Assembly (NCBI GenBank): GCA_029564595.1
Contig: JAKQPS010000157.1
Span: 1-64,000, forward strand
DNA from: a bacterium
Lineage (GTDB): Bacteria; UBP15; UBA6099
Direction: 5' to 3'
DNA: 64,000 nucleotides
A program made the translations under genes and the position numbers. Shown one piece after another: positions 58,865 through 64,000 of this stretch; the stretch's first letter is position 1, and each line of letters starts with the position of its first letter. The notes under the pieces were generated by a model that was not told the DNA's origin, did no database searches, and saw only the letters and a list, made by a program, of their open reading frames with translations.

Positions 58865-59524
58865 GTGAAAAAATCCGGGTTTATTGACTGGGCGGAAAAA
58901 AGTTGTTATATTGAAAAGTCGGTCGCCGCGCTTGACGGCGATATTAAAGCGCGTTTGGAAGAGGGGTGTCGTAAAAACCGTTTGAAAAAACAGTCAAAGA
59001 AATTCACGTATGTTCAGAAAACCCGGGTGAACGAGGAAATCAGGAACACCCCGGAAGTAAGGACGATAAACGATGAGGGCGAGATGCTCGGCGTTTTGCC
59101 GATAGACGAGGCGCTGAGACTGGCTCAGGAAAAGCAGCTTGACTTAGTGGAAGTGGCTCCGGACGGGCAGCCGCCTGTTTGCCGGATAATGGATTACGGG
59201 AAATACCTCTACGAGAAGAGGAAGAAGACTAAGAAATCTAAGACGCACGTCTCGACGATGAAAGAGATAAAGTTGAGACCCAAGATCGGACAGCACGACT
59301 TCGACTTCAAGTCGAAACATGTGGAAAGGTTTCTGGCGGACGGGGACAAGGTGAAGGCGACGATAATGTTCAGGGGCCGCGAGATGGACTTCACGGACCG
59401 GGGCAGGGACCTTCTGATGAGGCTCGCCGATGTGCACAAAGAGACGGCCACGATAGAGAGAATGCCGAAGCTCGAGGGAAGAAACATGATAATGATCCTC
59501 GCGCCGAATAAAAAACAGGGATGA
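58865..59524 (+). CDS. infC: Translation initiation factor IF-3
   Basis: ...INDEGEMLGVLPIDEALRLAQEKQLDLVEVAPDGQPPVCRIMDYGKYLYE... and ...VKATIMFRGREM... are canonical IF3 N- and C-domains. The ORF-track start is probably too far upstream; the true start is likely a non-AUG (AUU-type) codon near 59000. Confidence 0.8.
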   Translation: MKKSGFIDWAEKSCYIEKSVAALDGDIKARLEEGCRKNRLKKQSKKFTYVQKTRVNEEIRNTPEVRTINDEGEMLGVLPIDEALRLAQEKQLDLVEVAPDGQPPVCRIMDYGKYLYEKRKKTKKSKTHVSTMKEIKLRPKIGQHDFDFKSKHVERFLADGDKVKATIMFRGREMDFTDRGRDLLMRLADVHKETATIERMPKLEGRNMIMILAPNKKQG

Positions 59525-59531
59525 AGCAGCC

Positions 59532-59726
59532 ATGCCTAAGATGAAATCGCACAGCGGAGCGCGGAAAAGGTTCAAACAGACCGGCTCCGGAAAGATCGTA
59601 AGGAAGAAGGAAGGTATGGGGCATTTGCTTTCGAGCAAGAGCAGAAAGCGGAAGCGCCGACTTAACAAAATCGCCGTAGTGACCGGCGGAAACCTCAACA
59701 AGATCAAGAGGGGCGTGCAGTTCTAA
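59532..59726 (+). CDS. rpmI: 50S ribosomal protein L35
   Basis: [26 protein letters not shown]..., 64 aa. Confidence 0.9.
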   Translation: MPKMKSHSGARKRFKQTGSGKIVRKKEGMGHLLSSKSRKRKRRLNKIAVVTGGNLNKIKRGVQF

Positions 59727-59763
59727 AGCGCGCCCGATCGCGCAGAGAAGGAGCAGGAGACCA

Positions 59764-60120
59764 ATGCCACGCGTTAAAAGAGGGATGACCGCGCGACGCA
59801 AAGCCGCGAAGGTTCTCAAAAGGGCGAAAGGATTCCGGGGAACCCGGAGCCGCCATTATAAGAACGCGCATGAAGCGGTGATGCATGCGCAGGCTTACGC
59901 ATATCGCGACAGGAGAAACAAGAAACGGGACTTCCGCAGACTGTGGATAGCGCGCATCAGCGCCGCCGTCAGACAGCGCGGGATGTCCTACAGCGTGTTT
60001 ATGGCAGCTCTCAAAAAGGCGGGGATCGAGTTGGATCGCAAAGCCTTGTCCGAGATGGCCATCCACAATCCCGCGGACTTCGACCGGTTGGTCGAGAACG
60101 CCCGCGGGCATGTGGCCTGA
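59764..60120 (+). CDS. rplT: 50S ribosomal protein L20
   Basis: [26 protein letters not shown]...[20 protein letters not shown]..., 118 aa. Confidence 0.9.
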   Translation: MPRVKRGMTARRKAAKVLKRAKGFRGTRSRHYKNAHEAVMHAQAYAYRDRRNKKRDFRRLWIARISAAVRQRGMSYSVFMAALKKAGIELDRKALSEMAIHNPADFDRLVENARGHVA

Positions 60121-60158
60121 CGCCGCGCTGCCTCTCAGCTTTAAAGATCGTCGAATCC

Positions 60159-60204
60159 GCGCCGCTTCCCCCTTTGCCGGTTGTGAAGCGGCGCTTATTA
60201 TTTT
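60159..60204 (+). terminator. Intrinsic terminator after rplT (GCGCCGCTTC-N16-GAAGCGGCGC followed by TTATTATTTT)
   Basis: 10-bp perfect GC-rich stem followed by a T-rich tract, at the end of the infC-rpmI-rplT operon. Confidence 0.6.
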
Positions 60205-60219
60205 ACGCGGAAGACTTTT

Positions 60220-61044
60220 ATGCTGAATGTCACGAGAATTGAAAGCCTTAACAACCCTCAGGCGCGCGAGCTTGCCGCCCTTTCAACCCGAAAGGGACGC
60301 GCAAAAGCGGGCTGTTTCGCCATCGACGGCGTCCGCATGCTTGAAGACGCGCTGAAAGCGACCAACGTTGCTGTGCGCCGCGTCGCCGCGCTCGAATCTC
60401 TAGCTGAAGACAAAAACATCTCGCGACTTCTGGGCGCTTGTTCAGACGAGGGCGCGGCCATTCTTCTGGTCGCTCCTCAGGTGATGTCGAAAATTTCCCG
60501 CATGGAGACCAGCCAAGGAATAGTAGCCGAAGTTTCGCTGGAGAAAATGCCCAAGCTTGGGGATGTCGATTTCGAGGGGGCGTCCGTGATAGCTCACGCT
60601 GTCCGCGACCCGCGAAACATGGGAATGCTGGCGAGGACGTGCGAGGCCGCCGGGGCAGGGGCGCTGTTCGCTCCGTCGGGCGCTACCGACCCGTTTCACC
60701 CCATCGCCGCGCAGACGTCCATGGGGGCGGTCTTCTATCATAAGATAGTGACGGGGTCGGAAACGGAAGATATTGTGGCCGCCGCAAGAAAGGCCAGACC
60801 CGGCATTGCGGTCATCGGCGCGGCGACTAGGGCCGGAGTCCCGATCGCCGATTTCATGAAGGCTCCGCCGCGCGATTTGCTTCTGGTCCTCGGCAACGAG
60901 GGCGCCGGGCTTGACTCAGAGACGGCTTCTCTCCTCGACTCGACCGTGACCATCCCGATTTTCGGAAGGGCGGAATCTCTCAACGTGTCGGTGGCGGCGG
61001 GTTTGATTTTGTATTTGCACAGGCTGTCTTTGAAAAAGAAATGA
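60220..61044 (+). CDS. TrmH/SpoU-family RNA 2'-O-methyltransferase
   Basis: SPOUT C-terminal motifs: AIVLGNEGAGL-like LLLVLGNEGAGLD and ...IPIFGRAESLNVSVAAGLILY. Confidence 0.75.
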   Translation: MLNVTRIESLNNPQARELAALSTRKGRAKAGCFAIDGVRMLEDALKATNVAVRRVAALESLAEDKNISRLLGACSDEGAAILLVAPQVMSKISRMETSQGIVAEVSLEKMPKLGDVDFEGASVIAHAVRDPRNMGMLARTCEAAGAGALFAPSGATDPFHPIAAQTSMGAVFYHKIVTGSETEDIVAAARKARPGIAVIGAATRAGVPIADFMKAPPRDLLLVLGNEGAGLDSETASLLDSTVTIPIFGRAESLNVSVAAGLILYLHRLSLKKK

Positions 61045-61120
61045 CGCGCAACCCGGAACAGCCGGAGCGCGAGCGGCCGGGACGCCGGGGATATAACTCA
61101 AACATTTTGAAGGTGACGCG

Positions 61121-62143
61121 ATGGATCAGGAACTGACGAAACTGCTGGAAGACGCGGCGGCCGCTTTCAAAGCCGCTCGGAACAATCAGGAACTTCAGGA
61201 CGCAAAGGCCGCGTATCTGGGAAAAAAGGGGCGCATCGGAGAGCAGATGGCGCGCCTCAAGGAACTGCCCAGCAACAGGCGCGGCAGCTTCGGCGACTCC
61301 GTCAACAAAGTAAAAACCCAACTCGAAGAGGTCTTCGCTTCGCGCAAAGCCGAGCTTGACCGGATTAAGCTCGAAGAGAAAATCCGCGCGCAGAAACTAG
61401 ACGTGACGCTCCCCGGACTGCGGTTCCCCGTCGGCAGAGTCCATCCGCTCACCCGCGTGTGGAACGAGGCGGTGGAAATCTTCATGGCGATGGGGTTCGA
61501 CGTGGTCGAGGGGCCGGAAATAGAGACGGAGTGGTACAACTTCGAGGCGCTGAATCTCGACGCCGACCATCCCGCGAGGGACGAACAGGACTCGTTCTAC
61601 ATCACCGGGGACACGTTGCTGCGGACGCAGACGTCGCCGGTTCAGATAAGGACGATGGAGCGGGTGGGGAAGCCGCCGGTTCAGGTAATCGCTCCCGGAC
61701 GCACTTTCCGCAGGGACGCTCCGGATGCCAGCCATTCGCCGGTCTTTCACCAGATCGAAGGCCTGATGGTGGACAAAGGCATCACGATGGGCAACCTCAA
61801 GGCGGTGCTCGAAGAGTTCAACCGCGAGATGTTCGGCAAAGACGTCCGCTCCCGCTTCAGGCCCGACTTTTTCCCGTTCACGGAGCCGAGCGTGGAGATA
61901 GCGATATCTTGTTTTATCTGCGGGGCGAAGGGGTGTCCGGCCTGCAAGCGCACCGGATGGATAGAGATACTCGGCGCCGGCATGATGCATCCGCAAGTGC
62001 TGAGGAACGGCGGGTTCAATCCGGACGAGGTCAGCGGGTTCGCCTTCGGCATAGGCATAGACCGACTGGCTCTTCTCAAATACGGAATCGACGACATCAG
62101 GCTGCTGTACGAGAACGATTTGAGGTTCCTCAATCAGTTCTGA
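61121..62143 (+). CDS. pheS: Phenylalanine--tRNA ligase alpha subunit
   Basis: Class II aaRS motifs: HPLTRVWNEAVEIFMAMGF, FRRDAPDASHSPVFHQIEGL, and GFAFGIGIDRLALL. Confidence 0.9.
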   Translation: MDQELTKLLEDAAAAFKAARNNQELQDAKAAYLGKKGRIGEQMARLKELPSNRRGSFGDSVNKVKTQLEEVFASRKAELDRIKLEEKIRAQKLDVTLPGLRFPVGRVHPLTRVWNEAVEIFMAMGFDVVEGPEIETEWYNFEALNLDADHPARDEQDSFYITGDTLLRTQTSPVQIRTMERVGKPPVQVIAPGRTFRRDAPDASHSPVFHQIEGLMVDKGITMGNLKAVLEEFNREMFGKDVRSRFRPDFFPFTEPSVEIAISCFICGAKGCPACKRTGWIEILGAGMMHPQVLRNGGFNPDEVSGFAFGIGIDRLALLKYGIDDIRLLYENDLRFLNQF

Positions 62144-62179
62144 TTATAATATTGACAAACAGCAAAAAGGAGCGCGGAC

Positions 62180-64000
62180 ATGCGGGTCCCTGTTGAATGG
62201 CTGAAAGAATATGTTGACTTCGATGAATCCACCGAGGAGATTGCCGAACTGCTGACGATGGCGGGCCTCGAAGTGGGAGAGATATCGCTGGAGAGGTTCG
62301 GTTTCGAGAATTCCTACGTGTGCGAGGTCGTCGCCTGCGAGCGCCATCCGGCGCGCGACGAGTTTTTCGTCCTGAAAGTGGCGGCGGACGGGATGGAACG
62401 CATCGTCCTGACCAATCTCCGCGCGTACTCGCCCGGCGAAATCCTTCCCATTGCTTTCGAGGGCTACACATTTCCGGACGGCTCCAAGCTGGAGCCTATG
62501 AAGTTCGGCGGCGTGGAGTCGAACGCGAAAATAATGTCGGAATGGGACATCGAATATTCGGACAACAGGGAAGTGGTGTTGCCGCTGCCGGAGACGGCCA
62601 AACCGGGCGACCGCGTGCCGGACGCTCTCGGAATGACCCTTGAAGTTCTGGTGTTCGAGCTTCGCGCCAATAGGGGCGACTGCTTGTGCGTTCTGGGCGT
62701 GGCGACAGAGTTGGCCGCCGTACTGAACAGGCCGCTGAAGAAAAATGTGTTCGACGTTTCTTTTGAAGAGAAGAAGCGGGACGTCGAGTTCACGGTGGAC
62801 ATACGAGACGCCGATCTTTGTTCCAGATACACGGGACGCCTGTTGCAGAATATCGTTATCACAGAATCCACGCCGCTGATGAAGCGCCGCCTGACCGCCT
62901 GCGGGATGCGGCCCATCAACTGCATAGTCGATGTCACCAACTATGTGATGCTCGAAGTCGGCCAGCCGCTTCACGCGTTCGATCTGGACACGCTGGAGAA
63001 CCGGGAGATAATCGTGCGCCGCGCCGCGGAGGGCGAATCGATAGTCACTATAGACGGGGCTGACCGCGCGCTCTCCACCGAGATGCTGGTCATCGCCGAC
63101 AGCTCGCGCCCTGTGGCCGTGGCCGGAGTGATGGGCGGCCTTCAGACGGAAATCACAGACGCCACCAAGAACATGCTCCTCGAATCGGCGTTCTTCAATC
63201 CCCGCTCGATACGAAGGACGGCTTCCGCCCTCGACATGAGGTCAGAAGCCTCCATGAGATTTGAAAAAACGATACCGCTCGACGATGTCGCGGCGGCCTC
63301 GAATTACGCGACATGGCTCATTTGGAAGAACGGCTGGGGCGCTCCTCTTTCCGGCATGATCGATTCGTTCCCCGCGCCTAAGAACCCTGTTTCAATATCC
63401 GTTTCCGGAGACAAAATCCGCTCGCTGACTTCTCCCGATTTGACGGACGATGTGATTGCCGACGCGCTCAACCGCCTGAACTTCTCGGTAAAGCTGGAAG
63501 GCGGCGAAATATCCGCGACCGCGCCGTCCCGCCGCTCGGACATCTCCATCTGGCAAGACCTCGCCGAAGAGGCCGCGCGGATTTTCGGATACGAGCGAAT
63601 CACTTCCGAACTGCCCACAGTGAAGATTCGCCGCGCGGTGATGATGCCCAATCTTTACGCCAATCGCAGGCTCCGAGAGCTTCTCTTCAGAGCCAACCTC
63701 TCGGAAGCCATCACCTTCAGCTTCACTCGAATGGAAGACCTGTCGAAGATATGGCCTGAAAACACCCCGGCGGCGGTTCCGATTAGGAATCCGCTCACCG
63801 AGGACCAAACGCATCTGCGACCTTCCATCATTCCCAACATGCTCAATGTGGTCGCCCACAACAGAAGGAACATCGGCGACGCGCCGATACAGTTGTTCGA
63901 GCTTGGCAGGATTTTCTTCAACCCGTCGCAGCCGAGCGAGAAGGATTCGCTTGTGATAGCGGTTTCAGGGCGTTCGCTGAGGACTCCCACTGAGTCCGAC
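62180..64000 (+). CDS. pheT: Phenylalanine--tRNA ligase beta subunit (5' partial; continues beyond window)
   Basis: MRVPVEWLKEYVDFDESTEEIAELLTMAGLEVGEI is the canonical PheT N-terminus. The open frame runs to the window end, so it is absent from the ORF track. Confidence 0.85.
   Translation, partial: MRVPVEWLKEYVDFDESTEEIAELLTMAGLEVGEISLERFGFENSYVCEVVACERHPARDEFFVLKVAADGMERIVLTNLRAYSPGEILPIAFEGYTFPDGSKLEPMKFGGVESNAKIMSEWDIEYSDNREVVLPLPETAKPGDRVPDALGMTLEVLVFELRANRGDCLCVLGVATELAAVLNRPLKKNVFDVSFEEKKRDVEFTVDIRDADLCSRYTGRLLQNIVITESTPLMKRRLTACGMRPINCIVDVTNYVMLEVGQPLHAFDLDTLENREIIVRRAAEGESIVTIDGADRALSTEMLVIADSSRPVAVAGVMGGLQTEITDATKNMLLESAFFNPRSIRRTASALDMRSEASMRFEKTIPLDDVAAASNYATWLIWKNGWGAPLSGMIDSFPAPKNPVSISVSGDKIRSLTSPDLTDDVIADALNRLNFSVKLEGGEISATAPSRRSDISIWQDLAEEAARIFGYERITSELPTVKIRRAVMMPNLYANRRLRELLFRANLSEAITFSFTRMEDLSKIWPENTPAAVPIRNPLTEDQTHLRPSIIPNMLNVVAHNRRNIGDAPIQLFELGRIFFNPSQPSEKDSLVIAVSGRSLRTPTESD

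Overview
This 64 kb window is a GC-rich (about 65% by eye) bacterial chromosomal segment. It is dominated by conserved housekeeping operons, almost all on the + strand, and is interrupted by three visibly AT-richer insertions, which look like the accessory content.

Housekeeping genes recognised:
- rsmD-coaD
- rpmF-acpP-rnc-smc-ftsY
- an NfeD/YqiJ-like gene with a flotillin (YqiK-like) gene carrying internal tandem repeats
- an LptD-like outer-membrane protein and wecB
- purE-purB-purC
- two tandem pilT paralogs
- a GT2 glycosyltransferase, a CorC/CNNM transporter, and a 1490-aa multi-PAS hybrid histidine kinase
- hisH-hisA-hisF-hisI, miaB-like, mutS, gmhB
- an acyl-CoA ligase, a Cys-rich type IV pilin-like protein, a sigma54 regulator with a Cys-rich cytoplasmic histidine kinase, and a CheX-like protein
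- an aldehyde:ferredoxin oxidoreductase and an acyl-CoA dehydrogenase
- uvrD/pcrA, yjbQ, tRNA-Cys(GCA), tRNA-Val(GAC), infC-rpmI-rplT, a TrmH-family methyltransferase, pheS, and the 5' part of pheT

The three low-GC insertions:
1. 17.08-18.96 kb: a translationally coupled pair, an AAA_21-type ABC-like ATPase plus a DUF4276/RloB-like (TOPRIM-like) protein. This resembles split-OLD / PARIS / AbiL abortive-infection modules and is the best candidate for an uncharacterised defence system.
2. 51.85-56.1 kb: a four-gene island with no integrase, encoding a PD-(D/E)xK-motif protein, a DUF932-like protein, a DnaB C-terminal-domain protein with degenerate Walker motifs, and a TPR protein.
3. 13.2-13.86 kb: a small islet with a single 4-TM protein.

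A previously unnamed 75-150 nt repeat family sits at or near two of the three AT-rich insertion boundaries (52.0 kb and window start); the 10.66 kb copy is next to an AT-rich intergenic stretch, and nothing was found at the 13.2-13.86 kb islet. It has a conserved CCCGAATCC-N7-GGATTCGGG hairpin and occurs in four copies, with G·U-compatible and compensatory substitutions between copies. No CRISPR array, rRNA, transposase or integrase was seen.
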